Shown here one piece after another: positions 10,699 through 28,996 of a stretch of 64,000 nt of DNA. The DNA comes from Candidatus Babeliales bacterium (GTDB lineage: Bacteria > Babelota > Babeliae > Babelales > JANWKD01). A program made the position numbers and the translations under genes. Location of the stretch: the NCBI GenBank assembly GCA_963701665.1, contig OY969622.1:384001-448000 (forward strand). The letters run 5' to 3'. The notes beneath the pieces were generated by a model, which was not told where the DNA came from, ran no database searches, and saw only the letters and a list, made by a program, of their open reading frames with translations. Within the stretch, counting starts at the first letter, position 1, and every line of letters begins with the position of its first letter.

Positions 10699-10854
10699 AT
10701 GGCAAAAAATAGAGTAACTACCCATTTATCCTGTGAAGTGTGCAAAGAGCGCAACTATACACAGGTAGCGGGAAAAAGAACCGTCGGGTCATTAAAATTA
10801 AGTAAATATTGTTTTCGATGCCGAAAGCATAACCCTCATAAGGAAACAAAATAA
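10699..10854 (+). CDS. rpmG: 50S ribosomal protein L33 (Zn-binding type)
   Basis: Manual translation [20 protein letters not shown]...[16 protein letters not shown]. Confidence 0.95.
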   Translation: MAKNRVTTHLSCEVCKERNYTQVAGKRTVGSLKLSKYCFRCRKHNPHKETK

Positions 10855-10862
10855 ATTTCTGG

Positions 10863-10939
10863 AGGCCAGTAGCTCGAATTGGTAGAGCGGCAGACTCCAA
10901 ATCTGCGGGTTGGGGGTTCGAATCCCTCCTGGCCTGCCA
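10863..10939 (+). tRNA. tRNA-Trp(CCA)
   Basis: Loop ctccaaa, aggccag/ctggcct acceptor stem, CCA; canonical position before secE. Confidence 0.97.
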
Positions 10940-10984
10940 AGAAAATTTGATAGGTAAACAAGTTGCAATGCTTTCTGGTGTGTA

Positions 10985-11164
10985 ATGAAAAATGTTAATA
11001 ACTTTTTAAGTGAAGTTAGAATTGAGCTTTCTAAGATTATTTGGCCAAAATTCGATGAACTGGTTGGCTCGATGATTATTGTGTTGCTAATCGTAACAGC
11101 ATTTTCAATCTATCTTGGCATTATAGATTTCATATTTTATAAACTTGCTCAACAAATTTTCTAA
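10985..11164 (+). CDS. secE: Preprotein translocase subunit SecE
   Basis: Manual translation FLSEVRIELSKIIWP plus one TM helix; lies between tRNA-Trp and nusG. Confidence 0.93.
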   Translation: MKNVNNFLSEVRIELSKIIWPKFDELVGSMIIVLLIVTAFSIYLGIIDFIFYKLAQQIF

Positions 11165-11209
11165 TAATTACAGCCTTAAGCACATGAATGCTATTGAACG
11201 GATAACTAA

Positions 11210-11731
11210 ATGAAACGTTGGTATGTTGCACAAATATATGCAGGGTATGAAGAAGCGATAAAATCGGATCTCTTGCGTCGTGTGGCTGAAGAAGGGTTGA
11301 GTGACTTCTTCGGTGAGGTTTTAATACCAACGGCAAAACTAAAGCAGATGTTTGAATCGGCTGAGCAAAAAAATGATCATCAGCTCTTTCCTGGGTATTT
11401 GCTCATAGAGATGGAGCCTGTTCAGGAGGCGATTAGGTTGGTTACAACAACGCCGCGCATTATCCGTTTTTTAGGTGGCACAACGCCCGTTCCTCTTTCG
11501 CAGAAGGAAATTGATCGCATCATATCTCAAATGAAGGGTGAGGTTACGGTAGCTCCTAAAAAGAGCGACTTTATCACTGGTAGTGAAGTGGAAATTGCCG
11601 AAGGGCCATTTGCTGGTTTTGTTGGCATTATTGATAAAATTGAAGAAGAAAATGAAAAATTGGTTGTTATGGTCAGTATTTTTGGCAGAATGACGCCGGT
11701 AGAATTAGGTTTCGATCAAGTAAAACACTAA
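11210..11731 (+). CDS. nusG: Transcription factor NusG
   Basis: WYVAQ, FPGYLLIEM, KOW GPFAGF, IFGRMTPVEL. Confidence 0.97.
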   Translation: MKRWYVAQIYAGYEEAIKSDLLRRVAEEGLSDFFGEVLIPTAKLKQMFESAEQKNDHQLFPGYLLIEMEPVQEAIRLVTTTPRIIRFLGGTTPVPLSQKEIDRIISQMKGEVTVAPKKSDFITGSEVEIAEGPFAGFVGIIDKIEEENEKLVVMVSIFGRMTPVELGFDQVKH

Positions 11732-11751
11732 AATGTCTGTGAGTTTAAAGA

Positions 11752-12174
11752 ATGGCAAAAGAAATTAAAGCAAAAGTTAAAGTTTTAATCGCCGGTGGTG
11801 CAGCAACGCCAGCGCCTCCAGTTGGTTCTGCGCTTGGACCTCATGGTATTAATATTATGGATTTTTGTAAGAAGTTTAACGCAGAAACAGCCAATAAAAA
11901 AGGCCAAACAGTTCCTGTTATTATTACTATTTATAAAGACAAATCTTTCGATTTTATTATCAAAACTCCTCCTACTTCAGAGTTAATCAAGAAGAAAATT
12001 AATATTGCTAAGGGGGCGTCAAAGCCAAGCACTGAAGAAGCGGGAAAAATTTCTTGGAAAGATATTGAAGATATAGCCAAGATTAAGATGCCTGATCTCA
12101 ATTCTAATGATTTAGAAGAGGCTAAAAAAATTGTGGCTGGAACTGCTCGCAGTATGGGAATAAAGGTATTTTAA
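11752..12174 (+). CDS. rplK: 50S ribosomal protein L11
   Basis: [19 protein letters not shown]. Confidence 0.98.
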   Translation: MAKEIKAKVKVLIAGGAATPAPPVGSALGPHGINIMDFCKKFNAETANKKGQTVPVIITIYKDKSFDFIIKTPPTSELIKKKINIAKGASKPSTEEAGKISWKDIEDIAKIKMPDLNSNDLEEAKKIVAGTARSMGIKVF

Positions 12175-12194
12175 TATTAATTTAGGGCTATAAT

Positions 12195-12893
12195 ATGGCA
12201 ATGCATGGTAAAAAATATAGATCAGCCAAAGAAAAAATATCACCGGATAAAAATTATTCTTTAGCTGAAAGCTTAGCAAAAATAAAAGAATTAGCGTACG
12301 TAAAATTTGATGAGTCAGTTGATGTGCATGTCAATCTTGGTATTGATGCATCAAAGGGCGAACAAGTAGTACGTGGTTCTGTTTTATTGCCTCATGGTAC
12401 CGGAAAAAAAGTACGAGTCATCGTTTTTGCAAAAGGTGACTATGCGGAACAAGCTTTAAAGGCTGGGGCTGATGCTGTTGGTACTGATGATTTGGTTGAT
12501 AAGATTTCTGGGGGTTGGCTCGATTTTGATTTTGCTGTTGCAACGCCAGATTTAATGGGGATGGTTGGTAAACTTGCAAAAATTTTAGGGCCAAAGGGAC
12601 TTTTACCAAACAAAAAAGTAGGCACAGTAACATTTGATGTTGCTGAAATTGTTCGCGATCTTAAAAAAGGTCGTGTCTTTTTCAAAAATGACAAAAATGG
12701 TATTGTGCATTTTTCATTTGGTAAACGGTCATTCGAAGTGCCTCAATTGCAAGATAACTTACAGTCTTTCGTGAGGGCACTTATCTCTGCCAAGCCTTCA
12801 ACCTCAAAAGGTAAATATATTAAAAAAATAACCGTTACTTCGACCATGGGTGTTGGCATTCCTGTGGTAGCAGAAGATGTAATTAAAGTTTGA
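12195..12893 (+). CDS. rplA: 50S ribosomal protein L1
   Basis: KFDESVD, LPHGTGK, STMGVG. Confidence 0.98.
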   Translation: MAMHGKKYRSAKEKISPDKNYSLAESLAKIKELAYVKFDESVDVHVNLGIDASKGEQVVRGSVLLPHGTGKKVRVIVFAKGDYAEQALKAGADAVGTDDLVDKISGGWLDFDFAVATPDLMGMVGKLAKILGPKGLLPNKKVGTVTFDVAEIVRDLKKGRVFFKNDKNGIVHFSFGKRSFEVPQLQDNLQSFVRALISAKPSTSKGKYIKKITVTSTMGVGIPVVAEDVIKV

Positions 12894-12915
12894 TGTTGGA
12901 TAGAAGGTACCAAAG

Positions 12916-13443
12916 ATGAATCGTCAAGAAAAAGAACATATTATTGAGACATTAAAAAGTAGCTTTGCCGCAAATCAAACTTCTTTTCTGATAAATTACA
13001 AAGGAATGGATGTTGCTGAGGTTACCACATTACGTAAAGAATTACGTAATAAAGGGGGCTCATTTAAAGTTGCGAAAGTAACATTAATAAGACGTGCTGT
13101 GCATGATTTGCCTGCTATTGAGGGATACCTTCCTTTAATTAAGGATCAAGTAGGCATTGTTTTTGCTGAAAAAGAAGCGACTGCGGTTGCCAAAGTTCTT
13201 AATGAATTTTCAAAACAAAATCCAAAATTACATATTCTTGCTGGTCGCATGGAAGACACAATCCTAACTAAGGATTCTGTTGCTGTCCTTGCATCACTTC
13301 CTTCTAAAGAAATCTTGTTGGCAAAAGTTTGTGGTTCATTGAATGCTCCAATTGCCGGATTTGTAGGAACCTTGAACGCATTGTTAGTCAAATTGGTCTT
13401 AGTGTTAAGAGCAGTTGAAGAAAGTAAAAAATCAGCTTCGTAA
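12916..13443 (+). CDS. rplJ: 50S ribosomal protein L10
   Basis: Operon position; LRKELR, LASLPSKE. Confidence 0.95.
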   Translation: MNRQEKEHIIETLKSSFAANQTSFLINYKGMDVAEVTTLRKELRNKGGSFKVAKVTLIRRAVHDLPAIEGYLPLIKDQVGIVFAEKEATAVAKVLNEFSKQNPKLHILAGRMEDTILTKDSVAVLASLPSKEILLAKVCGSLNAPIAGFVGTLNALLVKLVLVLRAVEESKKSAS

Positions 13444-13520
13444 AAGTAGTGACAAAGGATTGTCTACGTTTTTGAAGCACGTTTAGTTAGTAGTTAGTTT
13501 ATTATTTTATCGGAGATCTC

Positions 13521-13907
13521 ATGGCAAAGACATATGAGCAAATTATTGACCAAATTGGTGGCATGACCGTTTTAGAATTAGCTGAATTGGTCAAAGCTTT
13601 AGAATCAAAATTTGGTGTTACCGCAGCGGCTCCTGTTGCAGCATCATCAGCGGCAGCAGCTTCTTCATCAGAAGCACCAGCTCAAGCAGAAGCTAAATCA
13701 GAATACAAAGTTACCTTGAAAGATGGTGGCCCTGAAAAAATTAAAACAATAAAAGCATTGCGTCAAGTAACAACGCTTGGTTTGACAGAAGCTAAGAAAG
13801 CTGTCGAAGAAGCGCCAACCGTTATTGCTGAAGCAGCATCAAAAGATGATGCTAAAAAGATGAAAGAAGTTTTAGAAGCTGCTGGGGCAAAAGTCGAATT
13901 GGCATAG
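13521..13907 (+). CDS. rplL: 50S ribosomal protein L7/L12
   Basis: [33 protein letters not shown]. Confidence 0.97.
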   Translation: MAKTYEQIIDQIGGMTVLELAELVKALESKFGVTAAAPVAASSAAAASSSEAPAQAEAKSEYKVTLKDGGPEKIKTIKALRQVTTLGLTEAKKAVEEAPTVIAEAASKDDAKKMKEVLEAAGAKVELA

Positions 13908-13993
13908 CTCAGAAACAGTAAGGACAGAGTAATTTAGTCGGGTTGATCGATGGGTTTGAAAAAGCGATTTTTGATATAGGGAGGAACAGTTTA

Positions 13994-22417
<8,424 letters not shown>

Positions 22418-22431
22418 TAGTTAATCAGGGA

Positions 22432-22507
22432 AGGCGCGTAGCTCAGTTGGTAGAGCACTGCTTTGACGTAGCAGGGGTCAGCGGTTCGAGTCCGCTCGTG
22501 CCTACCA
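22432..22507 (+). tRNA. tRNA-Val(GAC)
   Basis: aggcgcg/cgtgcct acceptor stem, loop ttgacgt, CCA. Confidence 0.96.
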
Positions 22508-22537
22508 GTTTTTATAGAATATTACCCTTTTAATAGG

Positions 22538-22816
22538 ATGAATACTACGATGATACGTAAAGAAGAAAAGAACAAAATCATTAATGATTTTAAACAACAT
22601 GCAACTGACACGGGCTCAATTGAAGTCCAGGTTGCTCTTTTGACAAAAAAAATAGAGGATCTTAAACAACATTTCAAAGATAACCATAAGGATTTCGGTT
22701 CAAAGAGAGGCTTATTAAGTATTGTTAGCAAAAGAAAGAAATGTTTACAGTATCTTGAAAGAATAGATATACATAAATATAAAGATATAATTTCACGCTT
22801 GGGGCTTCGAAAATAA
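22538..22816 (+). CDS. rpsO: 30S ribosomal protein S15
   Basis: DTGSIEVQVALLT, SKRGLL, LGLRK. Confidence 0.97.
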   Translation: MNTTMIRKEEKNKIINDFKQHATDTGSIEVQVALLTKKIEDLKQHFKDNHKDFGSKRGLLSIVSKRKKCLQYLERIDIHKYKDIISRLGLRK

Positions 22817-22849
22817 CATGCAATTTTTTTTTCTCGTTAATAGGTTTTT

Positions 22850-24940
22850 ATGGTAAAAAAGTTTTATTTAAAAGATTTTGATTATGAAGTAGAGATAGGT
22901 AAGTTTGCAGCTCAAGCTGATGGTGCTGTTTGGTTAAAGCAAGGAGGCACTGTTGTATTGGCAACTGTCGTTTCTGCTCCATCGTCAGAATTTCCTGGTT
23001 TTTTACCATTGACTGTCGATTATCGAGAGCAATTTGCCGCAGCCGGTAAAATACCGGGCGGTTATTTCAAACGTGAAGGTCGAGCGACTGACAAAGAAAT
23101 TTTAACCGGTCGTTTAATTGACCGCGCGATTCGTCCCTTATTTCCCGTAAATTATTTTGATCAACTGCAGCTTCTTGTTACCGTGTATTCGGTGGATAAA
23201 GAACATCAGCCGCATACGAGTGCATTACTTGCTGCCTCCCTCGCTTTGACGATATCAAAAATCCCGTTCTTAGGGCCTGTTGGTATTGCTGAAGTAGGAA
23301 GATTGGATAACGAGTGGGTTATGACTCCAACGTATACGCAATCGATGCAATCTGATGTAAAAATTATTGCTGCTGGTACTGCCGATGGCCTTAACATGGT
23401 TGAAGGATGTACAAATGAAATCAGCGAAAAACAAATGGTTGACGCTTTTTTCAAAGCGCACGAGATAATCAAAAAGCTCGTTGCGTGGCAAGAAGAAATT
23501 CAAAACGAAGTTGGCGTGCAAAAAGAACCGATCAAAGAACATTTTGATTGGAAAGCATGGGAAAAGAAAGTTGATGATTTTCTTACGCACGATCGTGTTA
23601 AAACAACATTCGTGCAAGATAAATTAAAACGTGCGGCAGCCATTGATGCATTGACACAGGAATTTAAAGTAACGTACGCAAAAGAAATTGAAGAACAAGC
23701 ATTCTCAGATAAAATGCTTGGCTATGTTATCGATAGCGTGCTCAAAGTAAAAATTACTGATCTAACATTCCAAATTGGCAAGCGTATTGATGGAAGAGCT
23801 TATGATGAAATACGCCACATCAGTACTGAAGTTGGCTTACTTCCTTTCACTCACGGTTCTGCACTGTTTAATCGTGGAAGAACACAAGCGCTCGTGACCG
23901 TTACACTCGGCGGTGGCCAAGATGAACAGAAAGTTGAAGATCTCATGGGCAATACGATTGAAAAATCGTTTATGCTTCATTATAATTTCCCCCCATTCTC
24001 AACGGGTGAAGTTCGTCCGATGCGCGGACCTGGCCGTCGAGAAATTGGTCATGGTTATTTAGCAACATCGGCACTCGAACATGTTATTCCCGATAAAGAA
24101 ACATTCCCTTATACCATTCGTATTGTTGCTGACATGTTAGAATCTGATGGTTCAACTTCTATGGCGACCGTATGTGGTTCCACTATGGCATTAATGAATG
24201 GTGGTGTGCCTATTAAAAAAATGGTAAGCGGTATTGCTATGGGATTGTTAGGAAGTTCTGATGGAAAATTCCAAACAATTAGCGATATTTCTGGCATTGA
24301 AGATGCTTTTGGTTTGATGGATTTTAAAGTTGCTGGTACTGAACAAGGTATTACGGCAATTCAAATGGATATCAAATATAAAGGTGGCTTGCAACGTGCG
24401 GTTTTTGAATCTGCATTAGAGCAATCGCGCGGTGGCCGTGACTACATTTTAAAACAGATGCAAAAAGTTATGTCCAAACCTGCTGCGCAACTTTCTGAAT
24501 TAGTACCACACATTGTTACCTTCAAAGTACCAACCGATAAAATTGGTGCAATCATTGGAACAGGTGGTAAAACGATTCGTGAAATTATTGAAAAGACCGG
24601 CACCACAATCGACATTGAAGGCGATGGCTTAGTTAAAATATTCGGTCACCCTGGTCCAAAAATGGATATGGCGATTGAATGGGTCAAAGTACTTGGTGGT
24701 AAGATTGAAGCGGGTACTATTTATCATGGAAAAGTTAAACGCGTTGCTGAATTTGGGTTATTTGTTGAATTAGTTCCTGGTGTTGATGGCCTTGTTCATA
24801 TTTCTGCTATTCCAAAACAGAAACAGACAAATTTAGCAAAAGAATTCCCAATAAATGAACCCGTAACCGTTCAAGTGATGGAATACGATGAATCAAATGG
24901 TCGTATCCGTTTGAAACTTCTTTCAGATGCAGCTAAGTAA
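22850..24940 (+). CDS. pnp: Polyribonucleotide nucleotidyltransferase
   Basis: Two RNase PH domains, RREIGHG, KH and S1 domains; follows rpsO. Confidence 0.98.
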   Translation: MVKKFYLKDFDYEVEIGKFAAQADGAVWLKQGGTVVLATVVSAPSSEFPGFLPLTVDYREQFAAAGKIPGGYFKREGRATDKEILTGRLIDRAIRPLFPVNYFDQLQLLVTVYSVDKEHQPHTSALLAASLALTISKIPFLGPVGIAEVGRLDNEWVMTPTYTQSMQSDVKIIAAGTADGLNMVEGCTNEISEKQMVDAFFKAHEIIKKLVAWQEEIQNEVGVQKEPIKEHFDWKAWEKKVDDFLTHDRVKTTFVQDKLKRAAAIDALTQEFKVTYAKEIEEQAFSDKMLGYVIDSVLKVKITDLTFQIGKRIDGRAYDEIRHISTEVGLLPFTHGSALFNRGRTQALVTVTLGGGQDEQKVEDLMGNTIEKSFMLHYNFPPFSTGEVRPMRGPGRREIGHGYLATSALEHVIPDKETFPYTIRIVADMLESDGSTSMATVCGSTMALMNGGVPIKKMVSGIAMGLLGSSDGKFQTISDISGIEDAFGLMDFKVAGTEQGITAIQMDIKYKGGLQRAVFESALEQSRGGRDYILKQMQKVMSKPAAQLSELVPHIVTFKVPTDKIGAIIGTGGKTIREIIEKTGTTIDIEGDGLVKIFGHPGPKMDMAIEWVKVLGGKIEAGTIYHGKVKRVAEFGLFVELVPGVDGLVHISAIPKQKQTNLAKEFPINEPVTVQVMEYDESNGRIRLKLLSDAAK

Positions 24941-24945
24941 AGCGT

Positions 24946-25728
24946 ATGGAAAATCACGTATCACGAGCTCACGGTCGCGCGTTTGATCAAATTCGGCCTA
25001 TCAAAATATCGTATGATGTTTTTGAATATGCAGAATCATCAATATTTTTTGAGCTCGGTAGAACAAAAGTTTTGTGTGCGATTTCGGTGCAAAATAGTGT
25101 GCCACCTTTTTTAAAAGGGAAAAAGGTTGGCTGGTTGAGTGCCGAATACGCGATGCTCCCAACATCAACGCACACGCGCAAAGATCGTGAAACCTCGTTT
25201 AAACAAAATGGTCGCTCGATCGAGATCTCTCGTTTGATTGGGCGCGTGCTTCGTTCCGTAGTTTCTCTTGAATATTTTGGCGAGCGTACTATTGTTGTTG
25301 ATTGTGATGTTGTGCAAGCTGATGGCGGCACGCGTACGGCATGTATTAGCGGCGCTTACCTTGCGCTCAAAATTGCTGTCGAGCGTTGGCTTGCATCAGG
25401 AAAAATTGCGCAAACAATCCTCAAAGACGATCTTGCAGCAATTTCTGTCGGCCTGAGGGATGATGAATTGCTTCTTGATTTAGATTTCGCAGAAGATAGT
25501 TGTGTTGATGCTGATTTTAATTTTGTGCTCGCACGTTCTGGCGATATTGTTGAACTGCAAGGATGTGCAGAACAGAAGCCAATTAGTTGGCATCATGTTG
25601 AGAAGATGCGTGCGTTAGCGCATAAAGGTGTGCAAGATATTTTCAAACAAACACTCGGTGCGCAGACAACGCCAAAAAAACAACCGTTTAACAGCATTCG
25701 GATGCGCCCAGAAGAAACAACGCTATAA
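24946..25728 (+). CDS. rph: Ribonuclease PH
   Basis: AEYAMLP, GRSIEISRLIGR, QADGGTRTA. Confidence 0.95.
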   Translation: MENHVSRAHGRAFDQIRPIKISYDVFEYAESSIFFELGRTKVLCAISVQNSVPPFLKGKKVGWLSAEYAMLPTSTHTRKDRETSFKQNGRSIEISRLIGRVLRSVVSLEYFGERTIVVDCDVVQADGGTRTACISGAYLALKIAVERWLASGKIAQTILKDDLAAISVGLRDDELLLDLDFAEDSCVDADFNFVLARSGDIVELQGCAEQKPISWHHVEKMRALAHKGVQDIFKQTLGAQTTPKKQPFNSIRMRPEETTL

Positions 25729-25733
25729 CCATC

Positions 25734-26675
25734 ATGGATTTACTTTCTTTTCTTGAGAAAATTATTAATAAAACTGGCAGTAGTTCGCTACCGCCAGTTT
25801 TTTGTTTTGTAGGCAAAAAGTATCCTGCATTATTTTTTCAGCATCTGCACAAATTATATAAAAATAATAATCACGTCCTACAATTTCTCGATGCGCAGTC
25901 CTTGTTGGAAGATGCATCAGCGCGCTCAATGCTTGAGATGTCTTTCTTAGGATCAAAGATGCTGTATGTGCTGCAGGATTTTTCTGTGTTTGATCCTAAA
26001 AAACAAAATACCTTGTTGCAATACCTTACTGGGTATAAAGGCCCGCATACGATTCAATTTTTTTCCGAGCAACCAATTATGGTGAAAATTCCTACCGTTG
26101 TGTTGCCTCATGATATCGATCAACAGTTGTTTGTAACTCTATTTACGATGTTCTTTCCTGAACAGCAGCAAAAAACAAAGAGCAGCGTCATTCAAGCTTT
26201 TTTTAAAAAATATACCTTTTGTTCGCTTGAAAATGCATGTCTCTTAATGAACTATGTGTTAGTGCTGGGAGCAAAAAGCGAGCATGCAGTTGAAGAGCTT
26301 TTTGAACATCTCTTTGTGCCAGAAAAATCATTGTTTGTGCTCAGCACCTATTTTTTTTCGCGTCAGGAGAAAGAATTTTTTGGTTGGTGGCAGCTCATCA
26401 AACATGATTATTCAGATGTGTTTTGGACGACCTTCTGGTCAGAGCAGTTATTTCGTGCACACGCTTATAAAGAATTGATGCAGCAAAAAGATATATTCCA
26501 AGCAAAGAAATGTGCGTTCAGATTGCCATTTTCATTTGTGCAACGTGAGTGGAAGCAGGTGACATTCGAGCAACTCAAGAAAGCGCATGATACCATCACT
26601 ACCATTGATTGGCACATCAAAAATGGTATTGCGCCACATTTTGAGCAATTCTTTCTAGGCTTCTTTAAAGTTTAA
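25734..26675 (+). CDS. Probable DNA polymerase III delta subunit (HolA-like, divergent)
   Basis: Size; SFLG motif near residue 70; C-terminal IDWHIKNG resembling the HolA D..xK.G end. Confidence 0.55.
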   Translation: MDLLSFLEKIINKTGSSSLPPVFCFVGKKYPALFFQHLHKLYKNNNHVLQFLDAQSLLEDASARSMLEMSFLGSKMLYVLQDFSVFDPKKQNTLLQYLTGYKGPHTIQFFSEQPIMVKIPTVVLPHDIDQQLFVTLFTMFFPEQQQKTKSSVIQAFFKKYTFCSLENACLLMNYVLVLGAKSEHAVEELFEHLFVPEKSLFVLSTYFFSRQEKEFFGWWQLIKHDYSDVFWTTFWSEQLFRAHAYKELMQQKDIFQAKKCAFRLPFSFVQREWKQVTFEQLKKAHDTITTIDWHIKNGIAPHFEQFFLGFFKV

Positions 26676-26679
26676 GTAG

Positions 26680-28089
26680 CTAATTTTTTTTCTCTGCCAA
26701 TTGTTTTGCTAACGTATCGTAATCAAAAATATCCTTGAATTCTTCTTGAAAAGCTCCTGGTAAATGGCCAAAAAGATAGAGATAACGCCAATCAAGTGGT
26801 AATAGCTGTAGAGTGCCGTATTCTTTTTTATCAATTAGGTATTGTAGAAAGAATAGCGTTGCAAGGCTGAATTCTTTTTTTAAGTTATGAAACTTAGCAA
26901 TTTTTATTTTTTTGCCGCCTGGGTTATCAATTGATGAAGTTGAAGCATGAACGCTGAAATCTGATGAATACATTTCGCAATTGCAGCCGTATTTTGATGA
27001 TCCTTTCAATGTCTTCAAGCAGACTCCTGTATTAACATCCCATAACTTGAAGGTATTATCATAAGAAGAACCTGAAGCAAGAATTTTATTATCTGGAGAG
27101 AAGCAAAGAAAATGAACCGGAGAAGAATGTCCTTCTAATGCTTGTATCGATTTAACTGTCTTTATTTTGTCATGGTATCGGATATTATCACAGCTGTATT
27201 CAAATATTTTAAAATAGTGATCAGTTGCCTCTATTTTTCCTATTAAAGTCAGTGCATCATGCAAATTTTTTGTATGTAAGGTTAAATATTCAAGTTTATA
27301 AAGCATTGCTTGTATGGCGATATCATAAAGAGGCGAGCAATCTAAGTAATTTGCTGCATCAAGTAATTTAAAAAGATCTTCATCGGTATAATTATATATA
27401 TGTTCAATTGATTTTTTAAATCTCAATGTTTGATTATGAGAGGACTTAATGGAATCTAGCACTGCTCTATCACGGTATGCTCTCTGTTGGCATAAAATTT
27501 TAATTGCTTGTAAAATTTTAGGGTTTGTATTATCTGATATTGATTGAGAAGATAAATGGAGGCAGCGAAATAATTCAAAAAGTTTTTGTTCAGAATGTTT
27601 TACTTCATTATGTGCTTCTTGAATTTTGCGCTCTTGTTCTAACTGTTCCATGGGACATGTTTTGAGAAAATCTAAAATAACGCTAAAAGTTTCAGCTGAA
27701 AGATTGCTAGATGGGATAGTGATAGTGTTATCGACTAGTGAAATGTTGTTGCAAAGTACAGAGCATGATTTGATAATGTTGTATGGTACTTTCATTGTAC
27801 GTGCAACTCTATACATTACATCGCCATCAAGCTCAATTGTAGCTAAAGTATCGTCATATTCTTTTTCACTATTTCTTTTCTCAATATTGTGTGTGAATAG
27901 AATAGTAATTAAATCATCATCGTTAAATGCTTGAACGGTACTTTCTTGAGTTTCTTCTGTGATATTGACTTCCATAGCTTGAGTCATATGTTCTTGCGAA
28001 TTTTCTAAGCCCCACGCTTCCATGGCCTGCATGCCTGAAAACCATACCCATGAACCTATAAAGAGTAAAAATAAGTTTTTGCTAAACAT
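26680..28089 (-). CDS. Secreted Skp1/BTB-POZ-like plus WD40 protein
   Basis: Signal peptide; LFKLLDAANYLDC (Skp1-like); LEGHSSPVHFLCFSPDNKILASGS..KLWD (WD40). Confidence 0.8.
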   Translation of the reverse strand: MFSKNLFLLFIGSWVWFSGMQAMEAWGLENSQEHMTQAMEVNITEETQESTVQAFNDDDLITILFTHNIEKRNSEKEYDDTLATIELDGDVMYRVARTMKVPYNIIKSCSVLCNNISLVDNTITIPSSNLSAETFSVILDFLKTCPMEQLEQERKIQEAHNEVKHSEQKLFELFRCLHLSSQSISDNTNPKILQAIKILCQQRAYRDRAVLDSIKSSHNQTLRFKKSIEHIYNYTDEDLFKLLDAANYLDCSPLYDIAIQAMLYKLEYLTLHTKNLHDALTLIGKIEATDHYFKIFEYSCDNIRYHDKIKTVKSIQALEGHSSPVHFLCFSPDNKILASGSSYDNTFKLWDVNTGVCLKTLKGSSKYGCNCEMYSSDFSVHASTSSIDNPGGKKIKIAKFHNLKKEFSLATLFFLQYLIDKKEYGTLQLLPLDWRYLYLFGHLPGAFQEEFKDIFDYDTLAKQLAEKKN

Positions 28090-28114
28090 TGATTGAGTCC
28101 CCCCTGTTTTTATC

Positions 28115-28234
28115 AAATAATTGCAATATAGAATTATATCTATATTAAATTAGTTTAGATTAAATAAAAATAATTGCAATATAGAATTATATCTATATTA
28201 AATTAGTTTAGATTAAATAAAAATAATTGCAATA
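28115..28234. repeat. Perfect tandem duplication, 53-bp unit x ~2.3
   Basis: aaataattgcaatatagaattatatctatattaaattagtttagattaaataa starts at 28115 and 28168, partial copy at 28221. Confidence 0.9.
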
Positions 28235-28350
28235 AGGAAATGAGATATGGCCGGGTTTGCCCTGAAATCTTTTCTATTTGTAACATTATTAGTGTATAAT
28301 GAAGAAAGCGGGGATTAAGCTACATAAACATATTTTGGGGGGGATGAACT

Positions 28351-28908
28351 ATGAGGGGATCAATCTTAATCACTATTGCTTATCTGGGCCTTGGCATCAA
28401 TATACTGAAATCGATGGAGGATAGGCATGGAAAGAGGCCTTTATTTGGGCCGAATAACGGCGAGTGCCAGGCCACTGAAAAGTCACCTGATGATTTTGAA
28501 TCATTTATCACATCACTTGCGCAACAGGAAGAGCTCGAATCAGCGTGTCCTTTCTTTACTAAATTATCTGGCTTATCGGTTTTATCTGAAGAATCGCTTT
28601 GTGATTACTTATCTGGCATGGAAAATGACGCAGCTGGAATAGCCAACAATGAATATAGATGTCCTAAATGTAAGGATGAGTTTGATTATTTAGCTGATAA
28701 GGAGGCACATGATCGATATCACCACCAAGCTGTTGTTTGGTACTGCGGTTGTATAATAACGCACAGTATCAGTATAGCGCATCAACTTTTTCATAATGTT
28801 ACAGTTGCAGATAATTTAAAATGTAAACCTTGTAAAATGGGTTTTAGGGGTTCAGAAGCATTGAAGCGACATTTAAATGATGTTCATAAGGATGATCTTA
28901 GTTCTTAA
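28351..28908 (+). CDS. Secreted C2H2 zinc-finger protein
   Basis: Signal peptide; YRCPKCKDEF..HDRYHH; CKPCKMGF..LKRHLNDVH. Confidence 0.85.
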   Translation: MRGSILITIAYLGLGINILKSMEDRHGKRPLFGPNNGECQATEKSPDDFESFITSLAQQEELESACPFFTKLSGLSVLSEESLCDYLSGMENDAAGIANNEYRCPKCKDEFDYLADKEAHDRYHHQAVVWYCGCIITHSISIAHQLFHNVTVADNLKCKPCKMGFRGSEALKRHLNDVHKDDLSS

Positions 28909-28996
28909 CTATATTGAAAATGGTATGACTACATAAGCCTTTTTTGTTAATATACTATCCATAATTAGTTGGCGGATTCAATTATAGGTTACACCC

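Noticed and set aside
9940..10900. ORFs 9940-10167, 10189-10401, 10347-10529, 10718-10900
   Set aside because: They overlap tRNA genes or rpmG; spurious translations
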